Below the pieces are notes generated by a model. The model was given only the letters and a program-made list of their open reading frames with translations, was not told the DNA's origin and did not search any database. Below are positions 54,736 to 63,624 of a stretch of DNA of 64,000 nt, one piece after another. The stretch lies in NCBI GenBank assembly GCA_002840305.1, contig PHAI01000003.1, forward strand, positions 134,908 through 198,907, read 5' to 3'. Position 1 is the stretch's first letter, and each line of letters starts with the position of its first letter. The translations under genes were made by a program, and so were the position numbers. The stretch is from Candidatus Falkowbacteria bacterium HGW-Falkowbacteria-1 (GTDB lineage Bacteria; Patescibacteriota; Patescibacteriia; Patescibacteriales; UBA12465).

Positions 54736-57069
54736 TTAGAACTTTAACTCATTCCACTCACTCCACTCGCCATGCTCGCACTTTTCCCAATCGAAAGACT
54801 TGCTGTCGTTAATCAGCCAAGCTCGATTGCGTTGAATGACAATACCGCCAAAAAGCTTCTTGTTGCCTGAGTTAGCGATATATTTCTGCAAAGCTTCGGC
54901 CTTGGCTTTGGTGTAGGTTTTACCGTCACGATCACCGGTATCCTTAACTTCAAGTAATCCTAGACGACCGTCTGACAGTTTAACTAAATAGTCAGGATAA
55001 AAAGTGCTTATACTTCCGGCATACTCGTATTTAACGCCAAAATAATCCTGTTTATTTTCTCCGTTCTTCCACCACCAATCTATTTTTGAAGCGTTGGTGT
55101 TTAAGAATGTTTCAAACTCTCGTTCCGGATTGGATCGGTCCGTATTCAGATAGCATGGCTCAAAGGCATAGTTTTTAACCTTAACAATCTCATCGGTATG
55201 CTCGTTGTAGAATGACTCGGTTGGGAGTTCAAAAGCATATCTCTGTTCGCTTTCCTCTACACGCTCACGGACTTCCTGCTCTTTTACGAAAACATACTGG
55301 CCGATAGCTTTGGATAAGACATGTTCAAACACGACCCTATTTTTAGCGTGCAAGAATACCTGTTGCGTTAAAAGCGATGGATCAGACCAATCTTCGGCAC
55401 CGAGCGTCTTATTAAACCAAATGTAGATGGCTGTCTTAACTGCTGGAACAGAACGCTTAATATTTTTGAACGGTCCGAGATTATTTTTAATGACTTGCTC
55501 AAAGAAAATCTGTAGTTCATCAACGGCCACATTCAACTTGGCCATAGCGTCAGCGTCAATTTTACCCTCAAGCTCATCAAAGCTTTTTACATCAACAGCA
55601 GTATCTGCGATTAGTTCTTGCTGGTATTTTTTAATATCCAAATTAATACCCTTGGCTTCAACGGTCTTTATATTATCTTTGGTTTTATCGCCTTTCTTAA
55701 TACCAAAATAATCATTCGCCATTTTCTCAAATACTGAGCCAAAGCTGGAGGTGACATCTCCATAATCAGCACGAGATTTATAATATGACTCAATCTTAAT
55801 CGGTTTATACTCCTTAATGCGTGTAGCCTTAAGGTGCTTGATGATGTTCGGATTGTATTCTTCTTTTTTAACAGAGATGGATTGGAGATTGGTATAAATA
55901 TAGCCACGGTTCAAAGCTTCGTTGCCATAGTGCTTCTGCTCGGGCATACGCAAAATACGGCCGACAGTCTGTATTTCAAAAACTATATTGTGAGTCTCGC
56001 GGAATTTAACCAAGATGTGGGCTCGAGGACAATCCCAGCCGGTATCAATAGCTTGTTTGAAAATAAGAAACTCAATCTCATTGTTCGGTTCAGAAATCCA
56101 ATCAATCGTGTCAGATTTTTGCTCAGCTAACCAAATGGCCATTCTCCCATTTTTCTCAGTTATACCTTTCTCGGCTAAAAACTTTTTAACCGCTTCAATT
56201 TTTTGTTCGCCAGCTTCAGCAGTAGGAATCTGCACTAAAACTAAAGGATTGATATTTGATCCTTCTTTTTCAAAAGCTTTTTTAAGCTCGAGACGCTTGC
56301 GGTAGGAAGCTTCAAGAACAGCCGTTTGGGAGTCTTCTTCGGACTTGGCAATTTTTTCTATATCTTCATTGATAATCAGTTCCTTTTTGATCATGCCTTC
56401 CTCGATGACATCTTTAGGATTAACCTTCACATAGCCAGCTTTGGTTTCAAACAGATCAGCAACAGTCGGCATTAATTTTGGTGTAGCACTCATTTCCATA
56501 ACAAGATCAGCCGAAATAATCTGTCGCAATTCTTGTGCTCTTTCGCTGGTAGCGTTGGTATGACTCTCATCAATAATCAAGATGATCTTTCTTTGCTCTC
56601 TGGTCTTTTCTAAGACATCCCGAAAATTCAATTTTTCGCCATCTTTCATCAAAAGCACTTTCCATTCACCAGTCTTGCCATCCTTGCTTCGTAGTTTTTC
56701 CCAGTTAGCCACCACAACTTCATTTTGAACAATTCGTTCTCGTCCACCGAGAAACTCTTCCTCGGCTAAAGTAACCCGAGGGAAACCGGCAAAAACTTTT
56801 TCCAAAGAATGTTTGCTCTGCAAATGCAATTCGCCTTTGCCTATACTCATCCAAACAAAGCAAATGTCGTCATTAGGGAGTTCTTTGATAAGCCCCTCAA
56901 TGAATTTAGCGGTCATAATTGTCTTGCCGGAACCTGTGGGAGCCTGAAAGACCAAGGCTTCGCCCGGGCCATCAAAATCTAAAAGTTTAACAGCTGTTTC
57001 AATTAGCTGATTAACGGCTTTTTCTTGATATGGTTTGAGATTAATATTCATAAATTTGTTTATAGACAT
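54736..57069 (-). CDS. res: Type III restriction enzyme Res subunit (SF2 helicase plus PD-(D/E)xK nuclease)
   Basis: 'FQAPTGSGKT' (motif I), 'IIDESH' (motif II), 'SATP' (motif III), and C-terminal 'PDYLVKLSDGRLGLLEVKD'. Overlaps the mod stop. Confidence 0.85.
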   Translation of the reverse strand: MSINKFMNINLKPYQEKAVNQLIETAVKLLDFDGPGEALVFQAPTGSGKTIMTAKFIEGLIKELPNDDICFVWMSIGKGELHLQSKHSLEKVFAGFPRVTLAEEEFLGGRERIVQNEVVVANWEKLRSKDGKTGEWKVLLMKDGEKLNFRDVLEKTREQRKIILIIDESHTNATSERAQELRQIISADLVMEMSATPKLMPTVADLFETKAGYVKVNPKDVIEEGMIKKELIINEDIEKIAKSEEDSQTAVLEASYRKRLELKKAFEKEGSNINPLVLVQIPTAEAGEQKIEAVKKFLAEKGITEKNGRMAIWLAEQKSDTIDWISEPNNEIEFLIFKQAIDTGWDCPRAHILVKFRETHNIVFEIQTVGRILRMPEQKHYGNEALNRGYIYTNLQSISVKKEEYNPNIIKHLKATRIKEYKPIKIESYYKSRADYGDVTSSFGSVFEKMANDYFGIKKGDKTKDNIKTVEAKGINLDIKKYQQELIADTAVDVKSFDELEGKIDADAMAKLNVAVDELQIFFEQVIKNNLGPFKNIKRSVPAVKTAIYIWFNKTLGAEDWSDPSLLTQQVFLHAKNRVVFEHVLSKAIGQYVFVKEQEVRERVEESEQRYAFELPTESFYNEHTDEIVKVKNYAFEPCYLNTDRSNPEREFETFLNTNASKIDWWWKNGENKQDYFGVKYEYAGSISTFYPDYLVKLSDGRLGLLEVKDTGDRDGKTYTKAKAEALQKYIANSGNKKLFGGIVIQRNRAWLINDSKSFDWEKCEHGEWSEWNELKF

Positions 57070-58780
57070 CTAATATTTTCTGCGGAATAGGTTCAAGGGA
57101 AACATTATTCCAGCCGATAAAGTCGCTTTTATCCACGCCGAGCGGATCAAGCGTGAAGCAGTAAAAGACTTTGTTGCCATTAATTTTATTGAGTTCTTTT
57201 TTGAGATCAGACAATGCCTTGCGATCCAAAGAATAATATACTGCCAAAGTTTGATCACCTTGCTGGAAAATACGATAGTCATCGGTCTTTTTTATTTCAT
57301 CAAAAATACCTTCTCGCAAACAAAGCATCTCGGTACATTCTTTGGTTATGCGAATTTTGAAGTCGTCTTTGTTAGAAGCGTCTGTGACAAATTTTGTTTT
57401 GAAATATTTGAGAGAACCTCCCAATCCTTTGACATCAGAATCTTTTGCACCCTTATATCCAGTAATAACTTTCTTAACACGAGGATAGCAGACTTCATCG
57501 CAAATATTGTTTTCGTTGTTCGTACATAAAATGAATCTGCGACCACCACCATCTTGCTTGTTTAGTTCCAAGACTGCTTGACCAGTCGTCCCTGATCCAG
57601 CAAAAAAGTCGAGAATTGTAGCGTCTTTATCGTTAGTACCAGAAAGAATTGACTTCATTACTGCAAACGGAGATTTTGGATATTGGAACATCTCTCTTTT
57701 ACCCAAAATCTTATCCAATGTTGATGTACCATATTCACTAGCTGAGAACTCCGCATCATACCAAATACTTTGGGGAGTTTGACCCTCTAGTCCGCCTCTA
57801 AATTTATAATAGACTTGGTATCCGTTTGTTGTTTGCTTCTTAACCCACAAATCTCCAATTTTACACATTTGATCTATGACATCTTTTGAACGTCGCCATA
57901 TTCTTTTTTGACCAGTTGGATCAATTGGTAAAATTTCTACGGGTAATTTTTTGATAGAACTAACTTGCCCGGTTTTAGGATCAAAATATATTGGATAATA
58001 TCTATCAGATAATTTACCCGCTTTATTTACAGCGCCGCTATCAACACCTTGCTTGCGAAGATTAACCTGTAAAAACCAACTGCCGTCCTCATCTTTTTGA
58101 TAGTTATGAGTTTTATCTTCCGGTGCAACGGGTAATTTTCTAACAAATGATTCTGATGTTTTTCCAAAAAATAATGCGTATTCATGTACTAATGACAACT
58201 TTCTCTTTGTCATTCTACCTTTTGGATTATTTCTAATCACCAGCGTCCCTAAATGGTTATCATGACCAAAAATTTCCTCCATATTCATCCAAAGCCGAGG
58301 CAACTCATAATCATCTATAGTGACACATATCACGCCGTCATCTTTTAATAAATTTTTAGCAAGTCGCAATCTTTTATCCATAAAAGATAACCACTTACTA
58401 TGTCTAAAGGAATCTGAGTCGTCTACATAATCATTGTTATACTTCCAATCCCTAGCACCTGTGTTGTAGGGAGGATCAATATAAATAAAATCAATCTTAC
58501 CCTGATGTGTGAAATTCAAAACAGAGAGGGCGTGGTAGTTGTCTCCCTCAATAAGAATATTTACCGGCCCACCATTCTTGTCGGCAATTTCTTTGCCTTT
58601 AACTTCTTTCAAGACTGGTAATGCGTTCACGGCATCCTTTTCAAATTGTTCTTTAACTTTCTCCTCATCCCAAATGAGCCCGTACTTTTTGCGAGATTCC
58701 AACTTCTCAACAATCTTTATAAGATCGTCCTTACTTAGCTGTGAGTAGTCTTTTCCGTTTTTGGCGATTTCCTTTGGCAT
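57041..58780 (-). CDS. mod: Type III restriction-modification methyltransferase Mod (beta-class N6A/N4C MTase)
   Basis: 'IDFIYIDPPYNTG' (motif IV) lies N-terminal to 'ILDFFAGSGTTGQAV' (motif I), with a variable target-recognition region between them. Confidence 0.88.
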   Translation of the reverse strand: MPKEIAKNGKDYSQLSKDDLIKIVEKLESRKKYGLIWDEEKVKEQFEKDAVNALPVLKEVKGKEIADKNGGPVNILIEGDNYHALSVLNFTHQGKIDFIYIDPPYNTGARDWKYNNDYVDDSDSFRHSKWLSFMDKRLRLAKNLLKDDGVICVTIDDYELPRLWMNMEEIFGHDNHLGTLVIRNNPKGRMTKRKLSLVHEYALFFGKTSESFVRKLPVAPEDKTHNYQKDEDGSWFLQVNLRKQGVDSGAVNKAGKLSDRYYPIYFDPKTGQVSSIKKLPVEILPIDPTGQKRIWRRSKDVIDQMCKIGDLWVKKQTTNGYQVYYKFRGGLEGQTPQSIWYDAEFSASEYGTSTLDKILGKREMFQYPKSPFAVMKSILSGTNDKDATILDFFAGSGTTGQAVLELNKQDGGGRRFILCTNNENNICDEVCYPRVKKVITGYKGAKDSDVKGLGGSLKYFKTKFVTDASNKDDFKIRITKECTEMLCLREGIFDEIKKTDDYRIFQQGDQTLAVYYSLDRKALSDLKKELNKINGNKVFYCFTLDPLGVDKSDFIGWNNVSLEPIPQKILDVYKQIYEY

Positions 58781-58784
58781 ATAT

Positions 58785-59489
58785 TTATTTTTCGTTATCT
58801 AACGCAAGCTTCATCAAGAATATTGTTTCTGTTCTGAGTTTCGACTTAACCCAAGCCTTCTGTTTTTCATCCAAGAGTTCACCCATACCGGAAAGAATGT
58901 TGCGATCCGTAGTTTTTTCCAACAACTCAATATTCTTCTGTAGGAATTCTTTATATGTCATGCCAGTGCGTTTTTCCACGATCTGTTTATTAACTGGCCA
59001 ATTATCTTTTAGAAAGAAATAGACATCAAAAATATCTCGGTTAGTTTTACCGATTCTTTCATACATCGCACAAAGTTTGTGAGCCACCATATCTTCCTTA
59101 ATCATCACTTTCATCGGAATGCCGATATATGACTTAACTTCATACTTAGAACCGAAATCTCTACGATTTATTTCCACTTTCACATTTTGAGCCCCGGCGA
59201 CTTTCTCTTCATAAGAAAGCAAATAAAAAAGATTAAACCTTTTCATTTCAGCCTCTTTGAGTGTTCCGTAACTTTCTAAAATCTCTTTAACCCTATTGAA
59301 AACTTGATCTTCTTTAGTTGCATCCAAGAGATCAAAGTCTAAGTCTACTGAGAAACGATTGAGATCGTAGAAAAGAAAAGCGGCCGTTCCTCCCTTGAAA
59401 CCAAGAAAGGGTCCGACATTAGGATCGGTAAATATGTCCTTAAGGATTCTGATAAGAATATTTTTGTGCGTAGTTCTGTCTATTGTCAT
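58785..59489 (-). CDS. abiEii: AbiEii/AbiGii-family nucleotidyltransferase toxin (type IV TA / abortive infection)
   Basis: 'FLGFKGGTAAFLFYDLNRFSVDLDFDL' signature. Confidence 0.85.
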   Translation of the reverse strand: MTIDRTTHKNILIRILKDIFTDPNVGPFLGFKGGTAAFLFYDLNRFSVDLDFDLLDATKEDQVFNRVKEILESYGTLKEAEMKRFNLFYLLSYEEKVAGAQNVKVEINRRDFGSKYEVKSYIGIPMKVMIKEDMVAHKLCAMYERIGKTNRDIFDVYFFLKDNWPVNKQIVEKRTGMTYKEFLQKNIELLEKTTDRNILSGMGELLDEKQKAWVKSKLRTETIFLMKLALDNEK

Positions 59490-59493
59490 AAAT

Positions 59494-60081
59494 TTATTGG
59501 CTTTGTTTAGATTTAAAATCTTTATAGTATTGATTGACTTTTTTGGTCATCCGCTTGTTTTCATACAACGGCAAAATTGAAAATACCTTGTCCCAATCTA
59601 GAGGCGACAAATTATCAAAGTGGTAATCTTTGTTTAAATAAACAATGTCCAAAAATGCTCTTTCTTTTGAAGCAATTGAATAGAATCCTTTGTTTTCTAT
59701 TCCAGAATTATTATTGAGAATATTGGTTTTCAATTTCTTGAAAGAAAAAATCTGTCCATCGCAATCTATTTCTTTCGTCTGATAGGAAGCAACAAAAATT
59801 TGACTGTAATGCTGAAACGTAACTCCAGCTTCAGCTAAGACTGTTTCAAAACTTACATAAGCCGGAATAAATATCTTTGTTGCTAATTCAAGCTTGTTAT
59901 AATTTTTATCTTTGGCGTACAAACCTCTACGTATCCCGTACAGCTGTCCATTTTTTATATAGGAATATATTCTGCGTCTCAAAAGAGCCGGATTACTCTC
60001 TCCGGAAGCTAACAATATCTCCTTAAAAGAAAAGACTGTATTATTGCTTTTTAGAATGCTTAAAATGTCGGCTTTTTCCAT
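59494..60081 (-). CDS. abiEi: AbiEi-family antitoxin / transcriptional regulator
   Basis: N-terminal wHTH pattern '...ALLRRRIYSYIKNGQLYGIRRGLYA'. Lies 4 nt upstream of abiEii. Confidence 0.8.
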   Translation of the reverse strand: MEKADILSILKSNNTVFSFKEILLASGESNPALLRRRIYSYIKNGQLYGIRRGLYAKDKNYNKLELATKIFIPAYVSFETVLAEAGVTFQHYSQIFVASYQTKEIDCDGQIFSFKKLKTNILNNNSGIENKGFYSIASKERAFLDIVYLNKDYHFDNLSPLDWDKVFSILPLYENKRMTKKVNQYYKDFKSKQSQ

Positions 60082-60103
60082 ATATTTATGCTTTATAGGT
60101 TAA

Positions 60104-60162
60104 ATGTTACCTGTGATGTTACCTTTGACTCTTATTATATGCTATAATGAAACCTAATACAA
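60104..60162 (-). promoter_or_regulatory. Operon promoter (TTGTAT-17-TATAAT) with a direct-repeat candidate operator
   Basis: Minus strand: -35 is the reverse complement of 60157-60162 and -10 is the reverse complement of 60134-60139. ATGTTACCT occurs at 60104-60112 and again at 60116-60124 (a 9-bp direct repeat with a 3-bp gap), between the promoter and the abiEi ATG. Confidence 0.5.
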
Positions 60163-60463
60163 GGTGGATAATCAGATATACCCGACTATATACGATTATA
60201 TTCGCAAGTATCCAAAGATTAGTGAATGGGAGGCATAAAGTGGGTCCAATTCACTAAAGTTGGCGTTTCTGATATGAGACAAAAGTGTACCATTACGGAA
60301 ATGGCTATTTTGTACAGCTGAATCACTGTAGTGGACAGAAAAGAGACTTTTTGCACACTGTACTATGTTAAAAAAGGAAAATAAGCATAGTACAAGATGA
60401 AAACTATGTTAAAAAGGCAAAAGTGAACTGGATGTAAGGTTTAAGCTTATATCCAGCTAAAAA

Positions 60464-61144
60464 ATGAGTATGAAAATGAAAAAGGCCACTTTGGCCACCA
60501 AATACAAATTTAATATCCGAAAATCAGTGGACTTTATGCCGACCTACCGGTTATCTATTGCCACTACTGAAAAGATTTTGCGATCATCTATGAAATCGGC
60601 TGGAATTATAGACGGTGACCAAATCATAAAACACAATCAACCAGCGATCGGACTTCTCACTAAAGAAATCATCGAAACAAAACTCGAAGTGAAAGGTATC
60701 CGGTCCCTGCTGGAACGCCGAACCAGTAAATTTGAAGGACTAACTGAATACGACCAACAGTTTATAAAAACATTTGCAAGGGAGGCGACGATTTCTTTTG
60801 CTGAATATTTTGCAAAGAGCACAAATACTCCAGCCAGTAAGACCGCCGTGTACATTTCATCCGATTGCGAAATATATCGTGAACCAAAGAGCCAATATTG
60901 TTTTAGAATGGAAGCCCCGAGCAAAAGAATGAAGTTGATAACTGCAATGATGTCCACCAAAAAATACATACCGACCCAAACATTAGCCGACGTCACTGGA
61001 TTGGCAAGTGTCAAATCCGTTCAAAGTGCGGTCCAAGCAATAAGGCGATCCGCGGAAAAGAAACTCGGACTCTTAAAATTTATCGACGGCTGGCAGGATT
61101 CCGGATACCGTATCAACCCAAACGTAATGTTGAAAAAGGAATAA
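60464..61144 (+). CDS. DNA-binding protein with OmpR/PhoB-type winged-helix-like C-terminus
   Basis: 226 aa. The C-terminal 'YIPTQTLADVTGLASVKSVQSAVQAIRRSAEKKLG...GYRINP' resembles a trans_reg_C wHTH. The N-terminal part is unknown. Confidence 0.45.
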   Translation: MSMKMKKATLATKYKFNIRKSVDFMPTYRLSIATTEKILRSSMKSAGIIDGDQIIKHNQPAIGLLTKEIIETKLEVKGIRSLLERRTSKFEGLTEYDQQFIKTFAREATISFAEYFAKSTNTPASKTAVYISSDCEIYREPKSQYCFRMEAPSKRMKLITAMMSTKKYIPTQTLADVTGLASVKSVQSAVQAIRRSAEKKLGLLKFIDGWQDSGYRINPNVMLKKE

Positions 61145-61189
61145 AGTTCGCAAGGTACTCTCAAGACCCCTGTTAATAACTTTTTACAA

Positions 61190-61215
61190 AAGCGACCAAA
61201 GCGGTCGTTTTTTTG
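61190..61215 (+). terminator. Terminator after the 60464 gene
   Basis: GCGACC-AAAGC-GGTCGT followed by TTTTTTT. Confidence 0.55.
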
Positions 61216-61287
61216 TCTTGAAAATTCAATCAAAGAGTATGTAAAGAGGCGCGACCCGATTGGTATAAAGAATATGCAAACATCTTT

Positions 61288-61470
61288 ATGCCGAAGCCAA
61301 TAATCACAAAGAAAATACCGCCTCTCACCCCAGCTCAAATGGAGGAAATTTTTATGGACAGATTAGCTGATCTAATTGTCCGACTTTTGGATTATCGCTA
61401 CGAGCAAAAAGAGAAAGAAAAACAATCTAATAATCAAAATGAATATGAAAAACCAAACACCAGACAATAA
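61288..61470 (+). CDS. Hypothetical small protein
   Basis: 60-aa ORF that overlaps the next gene's start. No family recognised. Confidence 0.3.
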   Translation: MPKPIITKKIPPLTPAQMEEIFMDRLADLIVRLLDYRYEQKEKEKQSNNQNEYEKPNTRQ

Positions 61471-61702
61471 TTTTATTACCAGCGACTTCTACACGGCCTG
61501 TCTGCTCTTAGCCAACGATTATCATCTTGTCGGCATAAATAAAACCGACAGCCGACGCTTCCGCTTTATCTTCACCGATGAACCGGATCGGGTCCAAATC
61601 GTTGCCGGATACTTTGACGGCCTAACGAGCGTTAACACTCGCAAGTTTGTAAACGCCATTAAAGAGCTGAAGTCGCTCATGTATAACGACGCGATCAGTT
61701 GA
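61439..61702 (+). CDS. DUF5659 domain protein
   Basis: 'FITSDFYTACLLLANDYHLVGINKTDSRRFRFIFTD...VNTRKFVNAIKELKSLMY' fits the DUF5659 pattern common in phage and mobile-element regulatory regions. Start placed at ATG 61439. Confidence 0.55.
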   Translation: MNMKNQTPDNNFITSDFYTACLLLANDYHLVGINKTDSRRFRFIFTDEPDRVQIVAGYFDGLTSVNTRKFVNAIKELKSLMYNDAIS

Positions 61703-61721
61703 AAATAATCAAATATGAAAT

Positions 61722-62501
61722 ATGGAAAATTTGCCATTCGAAATAGATAACAATGATTATGTAAAGCTTCCCCGAAGCATCAAGACCGCCCTTGTGGACG
61801 GCTATTTGAGTTTTGAGGAATACTCGGTCCTCGTCTGGCTGTGGATCAACGCCAATCCCCGGATCGGCCGAGCCCAAGTAAGCTATGCCGGACTTTCCAA
61901 GGACTTCAAAGAAAAGTATTCCAAGAATCACATTAACCGGCTGATGTTAAACCTTAAGCGGAAGAAGTGGATGTGGTTTCCTGTACAGCAAGGTCGCAGA
62001 AGTTCGTTCCATGTTGATATCGCTAGTTACCCCTTATCAAATGGTGGTTTTGTCAACATTGAAGTACGCCAGAAACAGAAGTTCGGCAGAAGTGAGGATG
62101 ATATTACAGAGCATTCACCAGCAGAAGTGCCAACAGAAGTCAGTGATGTTCGGCAGAAGTTGGAAAGCGACAAAAACGCTTTAGTGGACAGGTTTTCTTT
62201 CACTTCGGAAAATTCGCTCGGCAGAAGTTCCAAGAACGACAACGAGAAAGAAAATAAAAACAACCGATCGAATCGTGGTCGACCCGTAAGTGAATTCACT
62301 CCCAAGTCTTATGAGGAACAGAAATGCTGGGAGATTGCCCAAGAGCTGGGAGAAAAAGATATGACCTTTATCCTATCCGCTCTCAAAAAGTACGGATTGA
62401 CGAGAATTGAGGAAGCGTACCGATCCGTGATAAATCAATCAAGCGAGAAAGTAAGAAAAAGAGGTGCGTATTTTAACACTTTATTAAACATCAATAATTA
62501 A
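61722..62501 (+). CDS. Putative replication-initiator/organiser-like DNA-binding protein
   Basis: 259 aa with a wHTH-like N-terminus ('EYSVLVWLWINANPRIGRAQVSYAGLSKDF...INRLMLNLKRKKWM'). It has internal 'GRS' repeats and a DnaD-like C-terminal tail '...RKRGAYFNTLLN'. The function is inferred. Confidence 0.3.
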   Translation: MENLPFEIDNNDYVKLPRSIKTALVDGYLSFEEYSVLVWLWINANPRIGRAQVSYAGLSKDFKEKYSKNHINRLMLNLKRKKWMWFPVQQGRRSSFHVDIASYPLSNGGFVNIEVRQKQKFGRSEDDITEHSPAEVPTEVSDVRQKLESDKNALVDRFSFTSENSLGRSSKNDNEKENKNNRSNRGRPVSEFTPKSYEEQKCWEIAQELGEKDMTFILSALKKYGLTRIEEAYRSVINQSSEKVRKRGAYFNTLLNINN

Positions 62502-62510
62502 CTAAAAAAT

Positions 62511-62717
62511 ATGAACAAAGTAAAATCAAAAAAACCAATAGAAAAATCAGATGAGATATTCAAAAATAATCTCATCAAGGCGGCGAAAACCTTAGTATCA
62601 CTTTTAGATAGTAAAGACGAAGTAGTCAGACTGTCGGCCACTGAGTACATCATAAAGAAAATAACCGAACAGCCGACTATTATCGTGATTAATAAGGGCG
62701 AAAAAAATTCTACTTAA
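62511..62717 (+). CDS. Hypothetical small protein
   Basis: 68-aa ORF, co-directional, 9 nt after the previous stop. Confidence 0.35.
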   Translation: MNKVKSKKPIEKSDEIFKNNLIKAAKTLVSLLDSKDEVVRLSATEYIIKKITEQPTIIVINKGEKNST

Positions 62718-62729
62718 CTCTACTTTTTT

Positions 62730-63302
62730 ATGCCAAAAATTAAACATCTATCCGAATATCACAAAGTGGCATTCGAGCTTAAATATAAAGGCTTTTCTTA
62801 TCAAAACATTGCTGAAATTTTGAATAAGAGATGGCCAAAAAGTAGAAAAGCCAAATTTACTGTTCAAAGCATAAAAGATTGGTTTAAAGAGGCAGGAACA
62901 CTTGCAAGCGATTATGAACACTACGCCAACGAAATGGACGATATTCATGCCGAGACCATGGAGATTGTTCGCCGAGCCGGGGCCAGAGTCAGGGAGGAAA
63001 ACTTTCGTCTAGCCAATGAAATGCTCGTGGCTCTCATGGGAAGTTCTAACGATGCCGTGAAGTTAGCTGCAATTAAGGAAATATTAGATCGAGTCGAAGG
63101 TAAGCCGAAAGAAAACATCATGCTTAATAATCAAGATATCTACGAATTACCCCCTCAAGAACGCTGGAAACTTATCCCTTATGAAATCAAACTCCGCTTA
63201 TCGAGAAATCAATACTCCAAAGAAACAGCCGATGCAATATTTAATTGGGCGGAAACTGGAAAAACTAAACCAGCCAAACCAAGACCAGATAACCAAAAAT
63301 AA
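62730..63302 (+). CDS. HTH-domain protein (sigma-r4/terminase-small-like N-terminus)
   Basis: 'YHKVAFELKYKGFSYQNIAEILNKRW' HTH followed by a helical remainder. The function is not established. Confidence 0.35.
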   Translation: MPKIKHLSEYHKVAFELKYKGFSYQNIAEILNKRWPKSRKAKFTVQSIKDWFKEAGTLASDYEHYANEMDDIHAETMEIVRRAGARVREENFRLANEMLVALMGSSNDAVKLAAIKEILDRVEGKPKENIMLNNQDIYELPPQERWKLIPYEIKLRLSRNQYSKETADAIFNWAETGKTKPAKPRPDNQK

Positions 63303-63340
63303 CGGTCATAACGGCAACAATCCGCAACAAACGGCAACAT
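63301..63340. repeat. Four 10-bp phased repeats (AACGGTCATA ACGGCAACAA TCCGCAACAA ACGGCAACAT)
   Basis: Tandem decamers sharing a CGGCAACA core, immediately after the 62730 gene stop and about 290 bp upstream of the recombinase gene. Confidence 0.6.
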
Positions 63341-63624
63341 TTTGGCCAAAAAAGCTGAAAATTTGCTCACACCAACTCACACTAAATGACACTAAAAAAG
63401 GAAAAGTCTGAAACGCACAATCATCGAAAAAACCAGCAAATAAGAGAATAATTACAGGTTATTACAGTTGTTTATAGTAAAACCGGTGAAAGTGTCCGAC
63501 TCACAACATTTAGAGAATAATCCGAGCTGTGGGCAACTCGAGCTTAGCTTGTCGACAAAATTAGTATAGGGTGTCCGTGAAAGGTCTCTTAATAAAAATT
63601 AACCGATAATTAAAATGAAATAAT

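Noticed and set aside
55427-58748. Short ORFs nested in res and mod (55427-55711, 55668-55907, 55834-56130, 56015-56305, 57070-57282, 57251-57529, 57346-57552, 58539-58748)
   Set aside because: They are shadows of the Type III Res and Mod genes.
60637-62948. Minus-strand ORFs opposite the plus-strand regulatory module (60637-61014, 61021-61338, 61522-61737, 61695-61931, 62027-62305, 62748-62948)
   Set aside because: They are antisense to a coherent co-directional gene set, have no promoters or family signals, and are enabled by the higher GC content.
63181-63411. 76-aa plus-strand ORF overlapping the end of the 190-aa HTH gene
   Set aside because: It is an alternate frame that extends into the decamer-repeat region. 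It has a low-complexity translation ('NGHNGNNPQQTATF') and no start context.
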